In this document: in pieces, positions 1 to 11,150 of the stretch | Layout of the letters: each line of letters begins with the position of its first letter | Numbering within the stretch: the stretch's first letter is position 1 | IMG/VR virus record: IMGVR_UViG_3300028844_006431 | Span: 20,111 to 84,110 of that record | DNA: 64,000 nucleotides | Reading direction: 5' to 3' (one strand) | DNA from: a virus | Position numbers and translations under genes: made by a program | Notes under the pieces: generated by a model | What the model was told of the DNA's origin: nothing | Seen by the model: only the letters and a program-made list of their open reading frames with translations | Databases searched by the model: none

Positions 1-1
1 C

Positions 2-3000
2 TTTAAAGAACACACCAAGATGAATGTTTATATTATTTAGTTTAGGCAATTCTCTGATGTTTAGTCCCGCCGCAGAAGAATGAGGTATAACTGACATTGT
101 AAATTCAAAACGATAAGTATATGTTTTTGCAACACCCGCAGACCATTTTGGTAGTGTCAAAACATTTTTACTTCTTACACCATGTAAATTCTTAAGTAAC
201 GGATTTTTCAAACGAAATTCATAATGAGGTGAAGAAGAAATTACCTCAAAGTAATCTGGATTTGTTGACTTATCAATTACATTTTCAAAATTTGTATCAC
301 TTACACAACGGAAAGGTTCCCATTCAATTTTGATTGGTTCTGGCTTTGCTATGTTTTGTGAAGATGGATTCATATTTTTTGCTTGTTTATCTAACGCACC
401 TTTTAAAGTATCTAATGTATTATTAGGTAACATTGCGGATGCTCTACCTACATCAATTTGTTCAAGAGAAGGTGCTGTGATTGGATTACCATCTTCATCA
501 ATCAAGCGCCAAGCATCAGCAAGCCATCTTACTGGATAGACATGCATTCCTTTTGGTAAATAACTTAAAAGAACCATTGAGAATCCAAATTCACTTGAAT
601 ACTTACGTTCTACTTTTGCAATTTCATTGTAGATTTTTCCTGTCCAATATTTTACTTTATCTTCTTTTGTATTTTTTTCATGCTGTGCTGTTTCAACAAT
701 TCCTGCATTGTCTAGATTGGCAAAAAGTCCGCTACCAATTTCAATAGGGAAAAAAGCAAGTTCCATCGCATCACTGATTTGTTCCGCTACTGCTTCCTTT
801 AACTTCAATGATTGTTCAATGACAGCCTCTCTTGCTCCGTAACCTTCATAAGGATTTGTAATACCAGGACGAATTTGACCATCAGGTGGCATCAAAGGAT
901 CTACTTGACTTTTTTCATTGATCGCCTTTATTCGTTCATCATGATTTTGTTGTTGAAGATATAATTGGTCAATATCTAATTTGATTCGATTTGCTTCCTC
1001 AGGATCAATTTTACGGATCTTCCCAAGATATTTTTGAACAGAAGAAAGTGAACTTGGTCTGAATCCTTTTTTTGGTGGTTTGGAATGGCCATTTGTATTT
1101 GTCAAATCAGCGGCAAGTTTATCATATCCTTCAATACCCTCTTCTCGGCAATACTTACCCCATACAGTTCCTTCAAATTCAATACTCAATAATAAAATGT
1201 TAAGAAGGTCGTCAATAATATCGATCAATTCAAGAAGCTTATCACGAATATCTCTTAAAACTCGAATCAATTGTTTCAACATTGTATCATTCGGAGTAAA
1301 CATATTCTCAAATGATTTCACTTTTTTCTGAAGTGCTTTAATTGTGGTTGTTGTTCCAATTAAATCTGAGAAATTTACACCAAACCAATTACCATAACCT
1401 CCTGGATTAAAGTTCATTAGATTTTCATCCATAATAAAACCATCACCTAAAAATTCAAAGGTTGAGGTTGATGATCCACCCCCTGCTGCGCTACCTTTGC
1501 GATAAAGATGAACATAATCTCCAGAAACAAAATGATCTCTGGACATAGGAGGTCTGCGATATGAAAATTCGTAAACATAATTTTGCTGAGAAAGAGCATT
1601 TGGTAAATTTACTTTATCATTTTTATAAATGTCCCAAATATCTTTCGTGAAAGCAGTTTTATAATAAGTTTCAAGATGATTGCGATATAAATGATTTTTA
1701 TTTTTGATAGGATAACTACGATGAAAATAAGACATATAAGTTGAATTCTCATCATCAGTGGGTGGAACCATACCTGTTGTATTCACCATCTTACTTTCAA
1801 AATTTTTCAATTGCTTTTGCTTTACAGCAACTGATTCATGAAGACCTTTAAAATGTTCATTGAAAATTACTAAAGCTTCTTCTTTGAAGGTTTTTTCCAT
1901 AATTTCAATATCTGAAATATATTCATCAATTTTCTTTTGTCTTTCTTCATTTGCCAAATTGGGTGGTGTGATTCGAAATATATCGGTTCTGCTTAGATAA
2001 TCATCTCTTATAGAACTTGACATATTTTTTAATTCTGCTCCTATGCTCATCAACTGTACATACTGAGGATGATCCTTAGTGAGAAAAATACCACTGGTGG
2101 CGTTCTCTACTTCAATCAGAGGGGCGTTTTCTGAAGTGTCTACTACTACCACATCACCTGTGACCGGATCAACGGTGGTGATAGATGTGAGACTTTTCGC
2201 TTTGAGATTCTTAACTTTCTCATATTGTTCACGAAATTGTTTTCTTTTTTCAATCAAAGTAAGAGTGTTATTTAATCGTGAATCTTTTGTCCAGGTGACA
2301 CCAAAACTTGGTACTGAAGAAGATGATTCGCTTGCTGTTTCCACAAGGTCACTATTATACTTATTCATAAACTCTTCAACAACATCTAAGCTTGGATCTG
2401 TTAAGTTTTCAAGAATTGATTCAGGATTTGAAAAATCAACACCTCTTGCGAATTCAGCAGCAGCATATTGTGAAGCATAGAAAGTGTGTTCAATTTTAAG
2501 TTGAGCTAAATTTTCTTTTTTCAAACGATACAGATTACTTTTACGAATAAGTTCATTTTCAATATCTTGAATAATTTCATTTACACGATCGGGATTATGT
2601 TTTACATCATCTATTGAAGCATCTAACGAATCAATTTCATCTTGAACATTCGCTTTCAATCTTTCAAAACGATCTTCAGGCATAAATTCGAGAGGATCGG
2701 CTTTGACCATAATAATATCAGTTAGTTCATCATCAATTGGTATTTGTTTTCTTGTATACGCATCCACCTTTTCATATCTTACTTTTGAAGGATTTGTTAC
2801 TTGAACTCCCTTCATTTGATAATTTGTAAGAATTTTTACTTTGCGTTGTTCATGTCGAAAGAAGAGAGAATCAAAATCTTCATGAAGCGCACCTAAACTT
2901 TCAATTTGAAATAAATTTGCTAAACTTGCTATTGAATCAATAAACTTACGAATATTTGGCATATTCGTATTTGAGTCTATACTGAAATATAAAAAGATTG

Positions 3001-3700
3001 CATCATATACACCAAGAGGTCTTGAAAGATTTTGAATTGACTTCTCAAAATCAATGTAATCGGTTTTCATTTCATCAAGAGAACTTTTAGCTCCTGGTAT
3101 CAATTGTTCGAGAAGTGAACGTCCTTTATTGTCATGATGAACTCTTGTATATTTTTCGATTTTATTTTGAAGTTTTTTACCGCTTTCAATGAGTCTTTCG
3201 TCTAGATCTTTTACATAAGGAAGTGCATAAGGAACATAAGGATCAGCAGAATCATAAAACTTTTTATAAACATTTTCTGCTTGCTCATCTAGTGATGTAG
3301 TTGGATAACCTTTATATGCTCGTTCTGTAAAATTTGGAGGAACAACTAATACATGCATACCTAAACGAAGATATGCATCAAGAGCATTATAAACCAGGTT
3401 GGAGAGATATGTCATTACCATCGACATAAAATTCGGCAGCAAAAACATAAAGTCATTAATCAAAGTCAAAGTAGTAATTGCAAAATCAAAATTGTTTACA
3501 ACTAAATTTCTTATGTTCTCTAGATATTCTTTTGAATCTTCAATAAATTCTTTATTACTGCCAGTAAGGCCTGCGGCTAAGTGGTTGATTTGACGCCACT
3601 CACCTTCACCTGTCGGATTTGCAAACTCATCGCTTTTCGATAATTGATTTCCAAATTCAGTAAGAGTCCTACCAATTGGATATCTTTGACCATCACTCAT
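2..3700 (-). CDS. Large hypothetical virion/baseplate-region protein (>1230 aa), running off the window start; absent from the ORF track
   Basis: ATG at 3700-3698 (MSDGQRYPIGRTLTEFGNQL...). The frame is open at every line spot-checked down to position 2 (...NIHLGVFFK). It lies in the baseplate operon. Confidence 0.8.
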   Translation of the reverse strand, partial: MSDGQRYPIGRTLTEFGNQLSKSDEFANPTGEGEWRQINHLAAGLTGSNKEFIEDSKEYLENIRNLVVNNFDFAITTLTLINDFMFLLPNFMSMVMTYLSNLVYNALDAYLRLGMHVLVVPPNFTERAYKGYPTTSLDEQAENVYKKFYDSADPYVPYALPYVKDLDERLIESGKKLQNKIEKYTRVHHDNKGRSLLEQLIPGAKSSLDEMKTDYIDFEKSIQNLSRPLGVYDAIFLYFSIDSNTNMPNIRKFIDSIASLANLFQIESLGALHEDFDSLFFRHEQRKVKILTNYQMKGVQVTNPSKVRYEKVDAYTRKQIPIDDELTDIIMVKADPLEFMPEDRFERLKANVQDEIDSLDASIDDVKHNPDRVNEIIQDIENELIRKSNLYRLKKENLAQLKIEHTFYASQYAAAEFARGVDFSNPESILENLTDPSLDVVEEFMNKYNSDLVETASESSSSVPSFGVTWTKDSRLNNTLTLIEKRKQFREQYEKVKNLKAKSLTSITTVDPVTGDVVVVDTSENAPLIEVENATSGIFLTKDHPQYVQLMSIGAELKNMSSSIRDDYLSRTDIFRITPPNLANEERQKKIDEYISDIEIMEKTFKEEALVIFNEHFKGLHESVAVKQKQLKNFESKMVNTTGMVPPTDDENSTYMSYFHRSYPIKNKNHLYRNHLETYYKTAFTKDIWDIYKNDKVNLPNALSQQNYVYEFSYRRPPMSRDHFVSGDYVHLYRKGSAAGGGSSTSTFEFLGDGFIMDENLMNFNPGGYGNWFGVNFSDLIGTTTTIKALQKKVKSFENMFTPNDTMLKQLIRVLRDIRDKLLELIDIIDDLLNILLLSIEFEGTVWGKYCREEGIEGYDKLAADLTNTNGHSKPPKKGFRPSSLSSVQKYLGKIRKIDPEEANRIKLDIDQLYLQQQNHDERIKAINEKSQVDPLMPPDGQIRPGITNPYEGYGAREAVIEQSLKLKEAVAEQISDAMELAFFPIEIGSGLFANLDNAGIVETAQHEKNTKEDKVKYWTGKIYNEIAKVERKYSSEFGFSMVLLSYLPKGMHVYPVRWLADAWRLIDEDGNPITAPSLEQIDVGRASAMLPNNTLDTLKGALDKQAKNMNPSSQNIAKPEPIKIEWEPFRCVSDTNFENVIDKSTNPDYFEVISSSPHYEFRLKNPLLKNLHGVRSKNVLTLPKWSAGVAKTYTYRFEFTMSVIPHSSAAGLNIRELPKLNNINIHLGVFFK

Positions 3701-3849
3701 TCACTTTTCTCTTTTCTTGGAGTTTTTTCATCAAGTTTATTAATGAAGTTAACACATAGAACAAGTGTTTCACGAAGTTCTTCAAGATGTTTTATTTGTT
3801 TTTGTATATTTTCTTTTTCTTTATGTCGATTCTGTGCATCTTCTGTCAT
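3697..3849 (-). CDS. Small 50-aa coiled-coil-like hypothetical protein
   Basis: MTEDAQNRHKEKENIQKQIKHLEELRETLVLCVNFINKLDEKTPRKEKSE*. It fills the intergenic gap and its TGA overlaps the next ATG (ATGA coupling). Confidence 0.6.
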   Translation of the reverse strand: MTEDAQNRHKEKENIQKQIKHLEELRETLVLCVNFINKLDEKTPRKEKSE

Positions 3850-5989
3850 ATAATTGTGTACCTATAGTGTGGAATTTTTCGATATCTGTGACGTCTGGAA
3901 TACCTTTATATTCTTCAAGTCTTTTGTCTAAGTATTCTTCATAAGCAATTAAGTTGTATACACTTTGTCTTGTTTTGAATGCAATTCCTTCTTTATTCAA
4001 ATACCATAACATAAATTCAATGAGTTTATATGTTAGGTTCTTAGGAACACCCGATGATAAAGTTTGAAATTGAGTAGGATCAGCGCATAAAGCACTCCAC
4101 GTGGCTATATCATATCCCACATCACTTTCAAGTATGCTCTTGATATTACTATGAAGTCCAATTATTTGATTGATCTCACCTACAGTATTTACATCGCAGA
4201 AAGGATAGTCTCGATTCAAAGCATTGGCATAAGGAAGCGGCATTACAGGATTTTTTAAAGTTGCTGCTTTTGTTGCCGAGGTAATAAAGTTTTGTAACCA
4301 AGATAAATTACCAGCACTGGCATCGTCCGGATAACCATTTTCAATATATGAATTCCAAACATCAAAGTTTGTTGGGAAAACTATTTGGTCAAGATACGGT
4401 TCAATTTCCCACTCTTCTCTTTGGACTTCAACATCCGGTCTTGAAGTATGATGTTCTAACTTAGTGAGTAAACTGTATCCATCAGGATGTTGAATCTTAC
4501 CTTCATTTTGTTTTGATAACTGTTCAATAAAAACACCAGGGTTTGTTTCAAATGTTAAGCGAAATAAATTTGGAACAAAATACTTGTATTTTCTACCTAA
4601 CTTGTGGTCATAATATTTATTTTTAAAATGATAGTCCGATTCAACAACTTTATTTTCTAAAAATGGTTTTTCGTAATGAAATGTATTTGTAAAGGGATGA
4701 CAAGGATTACGGTCAAAATAAGGATATTCAAACTGATTATAAAAGTAAGACCACTCGCTGATTTGTCCAAAGTTCATCATAATTGGATAAGCTTTAGAAC
4801 TTTCTTGATTTACTTCAGCTACTTTTGATCCAACTTTTTTCAAAGTAAAACTACCTCTAGCATGATGGGGTTTTTCATAACCAAAAGCGGCTTTGAATAA
4901 AGTATCAAGAAATTTAAGAGGAGCGCATATTGCTGCCCAAAGTTTGTCAAATACGTTAGGATTTCCAACACCAGGAACTTTATCTGTTATACTACCAATC
5001 AAATTATCAAGAGATGAAAGAATGCCTGGTTTAAGATTTTGATACACATAGTCATATATACCTGACGAATTCCAACCACCTCTTGTATAGATTACAAAAT
5101 GCCATCTTATTTTTTGGCTAAAAGGTCTTCGTGTAATTGTTACGATCTTTTTTTCATTCATTTTACCATCATTATTAACTGCCTTTGCGCCAGAGGCAAA
5201 ATAAGGATTATAAAACTTTTTCAAAAAACTTGCATTTGAAATACTAGCAGGTGCTTGTACTGTTCCATGACCTTTATGATAATTATTTGGATCTGGTGTT
5301 TTATCATAATCGTTTTCATCACCACACCAACAATAACTTAACATACCAGTTGGCCAATAGTCTCCATTCCAATTTCCAAAAACCCTATCATTACGGGCCC
5401 ATTGTGTAACTTCAAACCTTACTTCAGTTTCATATTCATCTAGTTGGTCACCCCAGTTTCCTACCCAATCATATATGAATGTTTTGGCTTCTACTTGTGA
5501 ATAAAGTGATTTATTTTCAAATTTGCTTTTGGTATCGCCATGTTCCTGACTAATTTCTGAGTGAAAATGAAATAATACTTTTTCTTCAAATTCATCTTCT
5601 TCAGTTCCACCAACAGCTTTATCGTAATTTATTTCTTGACGATGACATATACCAGGATTACTATAAAGCTGCGAATCTAAAGCCTTTGTCAAATCATTAT
5701 GGCATTGTGATAGAGGATCATAACTGAAAGGTCCTATACCTAATCCTCGTCCTTTAAATTCTTCATGAGGAGTATATGGTTCTGTATATGTTCCACTCTT
5801 TAGACCAATATCAGGTGTTAGCCAATGACCAAGATAATTATAAAATTCCTTTGCTGGAACTTTCATCATATCATTGACTTGATCTGTATTGGCATTCCAG
5901 CCTTTTTTGATAATCACTTCAGGGCATACAACTGTTAATATACCAATATTATCTTGAACTATTTTTACTATCTTTTTAAAAAATGCCAT
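3821..5989 (-). CDS. Hypothetical structural protein (722 aa), baseplate region
   Basis: Long ORF, tightly packed in the operon downstream of gp5. No family recognised. Confidence 0.7.
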   Translation of the reverse strand: MAFFKKIVKIVQDNIGILTVVCPEVIIKKGWNANTDQVNDMMKVPAKEFYNYLGHWLTPDIGLKSGTYTEPYTPHEEFKGRGLGIGPFSYDPLSQCHNDLTKALDSQLYSNPGICHRQEINYDKAVGGTEEDEFEEKVLFHFHSEISQEHGDTKSKFENKSLYSQVEAKTFIYDWVGNWGDQLDEYETEVRFEVTQWARNDRVFGNWNGDYWPTGMLSYCWCGDENDYDKTPDPNNYHKGHGTVQAPASISNASFLKKFYNPYFASGAKAVNNDGKMNEKKIVTITRRPFSQKIRWHFVIYTRGGWNSSGIYDYVYQNLKPGILSSLDNLIGSITDKVPGVGNPNVFDKLWAAICAPLKFLDTLFKAAFGYEKPHHARGSFTLKKVGSKVAEVNQESSKAYPIMMNFGQISEWSYFYNQFEYPYFDRNPCHPFTNTFHYEKPFLENKVVESDYHFKNKYYDHKLGRKYKYFVPNLFRLTFETNPGVFIEQLSKQNEGKIQHPDGYSLLTKLEHHTSRPDVEVQREEWEIEPYLDQIVFPTNFDVWNSYIENGYPDDASAGNLSWLQNFITSATKAATLKNPVMPLPYANALNRDYPFCDVNTVGEINQIIGLHSNIKSILESDVGYDIATWSALCADPTQFQTLSSGVPKNLTYKLIEFMLWYLNKEGIAFKTRQSVYNLIAYEEYLDKRLEEYKGIPDVTDIEKFHTIGTQLYDRRCTEST

Positions 5990-5991
5990 AA

Positions 5992-7617
5992 TTAATCACC
6001 AATTTTATTAACAAGTAAACTATGATTACCGGGTTTGCTACCAACAACTGTGTTTGTTGTAATATTCGTTACTGTACTCGTAGGCCCTGAGCCTGTGGTT
6101 TGTCCGATACTACCTAATCCTGAACCAATATATTTCAATTGAAATGTTTTTGATACTATGTCACCACAGCCATTGAACAACTCAATTTTTACAGATGTAT
6201 CTATGTCGCTCGGAAGAATATTAAGTTGTTTCGGAACATCAGCTTCAAGTGCACTGTAAACATGATAATCTTGAACAGGATAATGTATATGATAATACTG
6301 TTCGGGAAATTGATGTATTATTCTTTCAACATAAACATTTAATTTTAAACCAGCATCTGTAAATTCATACTCATTATTTGCATTGGGCGCAGATGCCATG
6401 TCAAAAGACTGCGTAACTATGTCAGGAATTGTACATTCATCGTAAACTGTAAGACCATTAAAAGATCCTATAAAAACACCAAGTTCATGTTTTACTGGAG
6501 GAACATCTGTATTTGTAAAATAATCCAGTGGTGACTTTTTAGAACCTTGTCCTTTAAGAGTAGTTAAGTCACCAAATTCAATAAAGGTATTTGAATCTGG
6601 ATCAGTTGTAACCCACCATTTAGTATAATTATTTGCTCCATCACTTTGTAAGTTAGGAAGATATACGTCAAAACTTGCGCCCGAACTTGACGATAAATTT
6701 TTTGTTGTCGCATTCGCATAACACTCATGAAAAGAAACATTAGGAGTAAATGTGTCTTCTGTGAAAACATCAGCACTCATCGCATAAAAGTTAGCCCATC
6801 CTGTATTATTTGCTGTTCTCCATTCAGCATCATTTTCACCTTTATGCACAATTGTTTTTATGGGTGTTAATACTTCAGGGCGCCAATCATTTGTTCCGAT
6901 TGAAAATGAATAGTCAACAGTCTTACCAATTATATCCGCATCAGTAACTCCTTTGACTTTAATATTATGAGAACCGATACCAGAAATAGTCTCAAGAACA
7001 GGAAAACTATTTGCGTTTGCCCAAGCACCACCATCAACAGAAATCATCACATGACTTACATTTCCTTCTGAGCATTCTTCCAAAGGATATGCCATGATTT
7101 CAATACTTACAGGACCTGTTGAATGAAAATGTCCTGTCTTGTTACGAAGAGTGACTATTGGTCCAGGAGGAGGTGGCGGTGATGGTATCCAATATATTGA
7201 ACCACCATTAGTTCCGTCATGGGAATCCTTAACACTTACGCTAACACTATATTCATGTAGTCCATCACTTTGTTGTATATTTTGATCTTTACCTAAGTAC
7301 CAGATACCATTTGTTGTATAACCATTCCCTGTTGTACTTAGGTAATCATAGTCAAGACTAGACCAAGAACTACTCCAAACTACTGTGCCACTTCCGGTAG
7401 ATCCGGCAGGTCGTTCAGTAATCGTAACAGAGTTGCCCTTACCTCCGCCAGGATAACTAAATCCGTAACAATTGTTACCACCTGCGCCGCATGATTCAAA
7501 ACCAAGACCAAAATGTAATCGTATAAAACCCTTTTCATGATAAGCCTGTCCTAAACCAACACCGCTTCCACTCGAAGGTGGTTTTGATATTCCTTTTAAA
7601 TATTCGATAGTGGACAT
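5992..7617 (-). CDS. Putative virion structural/fibre protein with Ig-like beta domains (541 aa)
   Basis: Gly/Ser/Thr-rich and beta-rich, with a PSPPPPPGP linker and an Ig-like segment (SVDGGAW...GSHNIKVKGV). Confidence 0.65.
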   Translation of the reverse strand: MSTIEYLKGISKPPSSGSGVGLGQAYHEKGFIRLHFGLGFESCGAGGNNCYGFSYPGGGKGNSVTITERPAGSTGSGTVVWSSSWSSLDYDYLSTTGNGYTTNGIWYLGKDQNIQQSDGLHEYSVSVSVKDSHDGTNGGSIYWIPSPPPPPGPIVTLRNKTGHFHSTGPVSIEIMAYPLEECSEGNVSHVMISVDGGAWANANSFPVLETISGIGSHNIKVKGVTDADIIGKTVDYSFSIGTNDWRPEVLTPIKTIVHKGENDAEWRTANNTGWANFYAMSADVFTEDTFTPNVSFHECYANATTKNLSSSSGASFDVYLPNLQSDGANNYTKWWVTTDPDSNTFIEFGDLTTLKGQGSKKSPLDYFTNTDVPPVKHELGVFIGSFNGLTVYDECTIPDIVTQSFDMASAPNANNEYEFTDAGLKLNVYVERIIHQFPEQYYHIHYPVQDYHVYSALEADVPKQLNILPSDIDTSVKIELFNGCGDIVSKTFQLKYIGSGLGSIGQTTGSGPTSTVTNITTNTVVGSKPGNHSLLVNKIGD

Positions 7618-7625
7618 ATTTTCTC

Positions 7626-10600
7626 CTAATCTAACTCAATATATTCAAATTCAACATTTCTTAAGAAATACGCATCAAGTAATCTTGGAGGTGATGAGAG
7701 TGGCTTATCTAAGCTCAACACAAATGTTCCGTCATCTGTTTCAGTCACCGAAGCAGCATCGACAATATGATTACTATTCACACTTATATTTACTGGAGAA
7801 GAACCAATCTCATGCGTGAATTCAGTAGCATTCATCAAATAGTTAAATTCATAATAAGATGCTGATGTTCCTTTACCACCAAAAATCATTGTCCTTGGAT
7901 CCGATACAGTTGAGTATATAATACTATTCGCATTTACTGATCCATCCATGAATACATGCTTGAAGTATTTTGCCCAGTATTCAACAATAGGTCCGTTTGT
8001 TGCTGTTAGATATAAATCTGGATTTACATCATAAGAATGGAAAAATTTGTTTGCTTCTGAGAAACCATAAGAGCCATTTTTCAAAACTTTAAATCTTGAA
8101 GAATCAATTACTTCCTCAACACGAACTTGTAAACCACAATGACTATAATCATATTCATTGAGATGAGGGCTTTCAAAATGTGATACGCAATCACCAAAAG
8201 GATCATCATATGAATGATGAGGTTCTTCTTTTACTTTACGAATCGTTAGAACATCTCCAGGAGAATATCCATTTGAAATGGAATCATCATTCTCAAGAGT
8301 TTCAAGAACAATATAAGGATCTGTTCCATCTGTGAAAGTGACCTGTCCATTTTCTTTTTGATTTAGAATTTCTTCAATCGCTTCGAAGTGTTCTTCATAT
8401 ATAAGCTGACCTAAATCCTTTCCTTTGCTCTGTAGAAACGCTTGAAATAAATTATAGTCATAGGCTTCCATGAATTTTTCAACACCTTTTTTCACATTGA
8501 AAACTGGTTTAGCAGAGAGTCCTGTTGGTGCTTTTGTGAAATCATTTCGATTATGATGATATAAAATTGCTCTTGAGGGGTAATTTGCTAGAGCATTGGG
8601 TTCAATAGCAGGAGGAATATAGAAAGTTGGGCTATCTTCATTATAAGCATTTGTTGTTGTATTGTATAATCGGAATTGACCAACACCTTCAATATCAAAT
8701 CCATTCAAATACATAGCAGGTGAAGGTTCTTGAGATTCAATGTTAAATCCAATGCGATTGACCGTACCTTCAAATCTTTCACCGTAATTATAGTCTGGTG
8801 TAATTTGAATGGTTGTTTGACTATCTACCGAAGATACTTTATGATATATTTTAAATTCAGGTAACGCTCCTGAGATACCAACATTTGATGAACGAGAAAA
8901 CTTTTCAAAACGAGTGAGTGTTACTCCTTGTTGACCCGCATTGATCGCAACATTATCAGTTCGATAAACACCTTTCAACCGGTTTCCTTCAATTGCTTGA
9001 AAACGATATTTTACACCATTGATTTGAATTAAATCACCCACTTCATAAAAATCAGAAACAAATCGTCCTGAATCTAAGTTTGGAAATTCTATTTGTGAAA
9101 TATAATTATTGATTGTATCTGGATAAAGATTGACTGTATCAGTTCTTTCTTTGAGTAAGTCAAGCATACCAAATTTGAGAGGTCTAATACCGGCAATTCT
9201 ATAAGTAGCATCATAAGTAATTGTATACCCATCAATTAATGTTTGTTGTTCCGAAGGATGTACTACTTGGTCAGTTAAGATATATTCCATATCAGCAATT
9301 TGAACACGAATATCATTATGATATTTCTTTGTAAAATCTGTTCCTGAATAGTATATTGTATGTCCGCCCATCGTATAGAAAGTACCACCTACATATCTTG
9401 TGGGGAAAACAATTTCTATAATATTACCTACTTTAAGTTCATCTTCAAATCTTGTATTTGTTCCTGTAACAGGGTCTCTTTGATACATTACAGAACCGGA
9501 ATAAACAACATCACCTAAGCCAGTTCCTCTTGCGAGAAGATCGTAAGAACTTGCAGTATTACCTGTGAATGTAAAGGTATTACCTGAATCATCTTCTCCT
9601 TCACCTTCCCACTTTGTTGGATTATATTCAACATCAATGTGAAGTAAATCGTCTTCATCATCAGTTACAAGAGTAAATGTTGTATTTGAATCAATAATAA
9701 CAGTATCTCCAGGACCTGTATCATCTCCTGGTCCTGGAGTAAAGGTTGGTTTACCTGGGCCACCAATTGGATTACGAATTGTTCCTGTTCCTGGATCACC
9801 AGGAGAAACTTCAGTAAATCCCGTAAGAGCAAAACGATTTTGTATAATGACTCTTTCTCCATCTACAGGTGAACCATCCATCACCATACGAAGTCTCAAT
9901 GGCTTAGGTTGAATATCTTTTAGATAAGGGAATCCGTTATTTGGTGTGTTATATGGATATTGATTAGTTCCATAAGGTATAAGAATATTCAAGTCAGGTC
10001 GGTCTAAAGCACCTGTTGAAATGTCTGTAGATGATACACAATTCTCTGTATCAGGTATGTTTCTCAATAAACTACATTTCATGTATGGCAGCCAGGGTAG
10101 GTCAGGATCATTTCCACCATCACGATATTTAGGAATAAATGAAGTCAATGGTAGCTCAAGTTTATTTGATGCTGTAAATGCTACTGATGTGCCATTCACT
10201 ACAGCATAGGCTTCACCTTCCATGTTGATTGCTTGAACAAGAATACTTTGCGTTTCACGGCTTGGTGAATCAACATAATAGTTGAAAGCAAATTTAGCAA
10301 AGTTACCACCACCTTTGAGGTCTGTTGACTCAGCACCTGTTGACCAAAATTGCTTTCCTGCTCCTGCTATACCATTCCATGATGAAACATAAATGTCATT
10401 GATACGACTGGCAAATGTTCCGCTAGTTTGTTTATAACTATAGCTCGAAGCATTATTCATAATCCAAGTACCTATTGAATCACGATTTATATTACCACTA
10501 TAACCGGCATTCATTGGTGAGACTGAAAATACACCACCTGAAAAATTGTTAAAGAAAGAAGGTGCTACAATATCAGGATTGTCTGTAATTTTTTGACTAC

Positions 10601-11138
10601 CAATTGTAATTGCTGAAAAAGGATCTGATCCTACCGTTGAAGCAGAAGTAACACCTGCGGCAGGAAAAGCTTGCTGAATCATTTGTAAGGCATTATCACT
10701 ACTTTGATACCCACCAATAATTGCGTAAGATTGTGAACCCGTGTTCATATAAGAATCTTCAACTAGAACAAGTGCTACATTTTTTGATCCAGTTGGTTCA
10801 ATTTTATCTTGCCATGGCAAAGCACCTAACATATTGAAACGATAGATGTAACGATTGATTTCACCTTCTTCTGTGATATCGTGTTGAAGTCCTCTTAGAA
10901 ATGCTCTTTTCATTCCAAGGGCTGTACATACACGAAGAATTTCAGATACTTCCGTGAAATCATGACTTCTCATTTCTTCAATAAGAAAATTCGCATTATC
11001 AATGATTGTTTTTCTCATTTGCTGAATAGCAGGTGGTGCTTGAAGAAGTTGTTGCTTTAGAACTTTTTTCTTCTGAGCAAGACCTATATTACCTCCGCCT
11101 GCTCCTACGGCAGTGGGTGGTTGAGAAGCTGATGCCAT
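7626..11138 (-). CDS. Large virion structural protein / tail-fibre adaptor (1170 aa)
   Basis: Repeated fibre-type motifs (GTNTRFEDELKVGNIIEI, GRFVSDFYEVGDLIQI, GYSPGDVLTI). Located in the baseplate operon. Confidence 0.65.
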   Translation of the reverse strand: MASASQPPTAVGAGGGNIGLAQKKKVLKQQLLQAPPAIQQMRKTIIDNANFLIEEMRSHDFTEVSEILRVCTALGMKRAFLRGLQHDITEEGEINRYIYRFNMLGALPWQDKIEPTGSKNVALVLVEDSYMNTGSQSYAIIGGYQSSDNALQMIQQAFPAAGVTSASTVGSDPFSAITIGSQKITDNPDIVAPSFFNNFSGGVFSVSPMNAGYSGNINRDSIGTWIMNNASSYSYKQTSGTFASRINDIYVSSWNGIAGAGKQFWSTGAESTDLKGGGNFAKFAFNYYVDSPSRETQSILVQAINMEGEAYAVVNGTSVAFTASNKLELPLTSFIPKYRDGGNDPDLPWLPYMKCSLLRNIPDTENCVSSTDISTGALDRPDLNILIPYGTNQYPYNTPNNGFPYLKDIQPKPLRLRMVMDGSPVDGERVIIQNRFALTGFTEVSPGDPGTGTIRNPIGGPGKPTFTPGPGDDTGPGDTVIIDSNTTFTLVTDDEDDLLHIDVEYNPTKWEGEGEDDSGNTFTFTGNTASSYDLLARGTGLGDVVYSGSVMYQRDPVTGTNTRFEDELKVGNIIEIVFPTRYVGGTFYTMGGHTIYYSGTDFTKKYHNDIRVQIADMEYILTDQVVHPSEQQTLIDGYTITYDATYRIAGIRPLKFGMLDLLKERTDTVNLYPDTINNYISQIEFPNLDSGRFVSDFYEVGDLIQINGVKYRFQAIEGNRLKGVYRTDNVAINAGQQGVTLTRFEKFSRSSNVGISGALPEFKIYHKVSSVDSQTTIQITPDYNYGERFEGTVNRIGFNIESQEPSPAMYLNGFDIEGVGQFRLYNTTTNAYNEDSPTFYIPPAIEPNALANYPSRAILYHHNRNDFTKAPTGLSAKPVFNVKKGVEKFMEAYDYNLFQAFLQSKGKDLGQLIYEEHFEAIEEILNQKENGQVTFTDGTDPYIVLETLENDDSISNGYSPGDVLTIRKVKEEPHHSYDDPFGDCVSHFESPHLNEYDYSHCGLQVRVEEVIDSSRFKVLKNGSYGFSEANKFFHSYDVNPDLYLTATNGPIVEYWAKYFKHVFMDGSVNANSIIYSTVSDPRTMIFGGKGTSASYYEFNYLMNATEFTHEIGSSPVNISVNSNHIVDAASVTETDDGTFVLSLDKPLSSPPRLLDAYFLRNVEFEYIELD

Positions 11139-11150
11139 AATAAATTCCTA

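Noticed and set aside
330-3853. Plus-strand ORFs (330, 481, 1080, 2079, 3399, 3644)
   Set aside because: They are antisense shadows of the long minus-strand ORF starting at 3700, which the track missed because it runs off the window.
7160-7190. Poly-proline linker as the substrate of the phage prolyl hydroxylase
   Set aside because: Plausible but unsupported. The genes are unlinked and such linkers are common.
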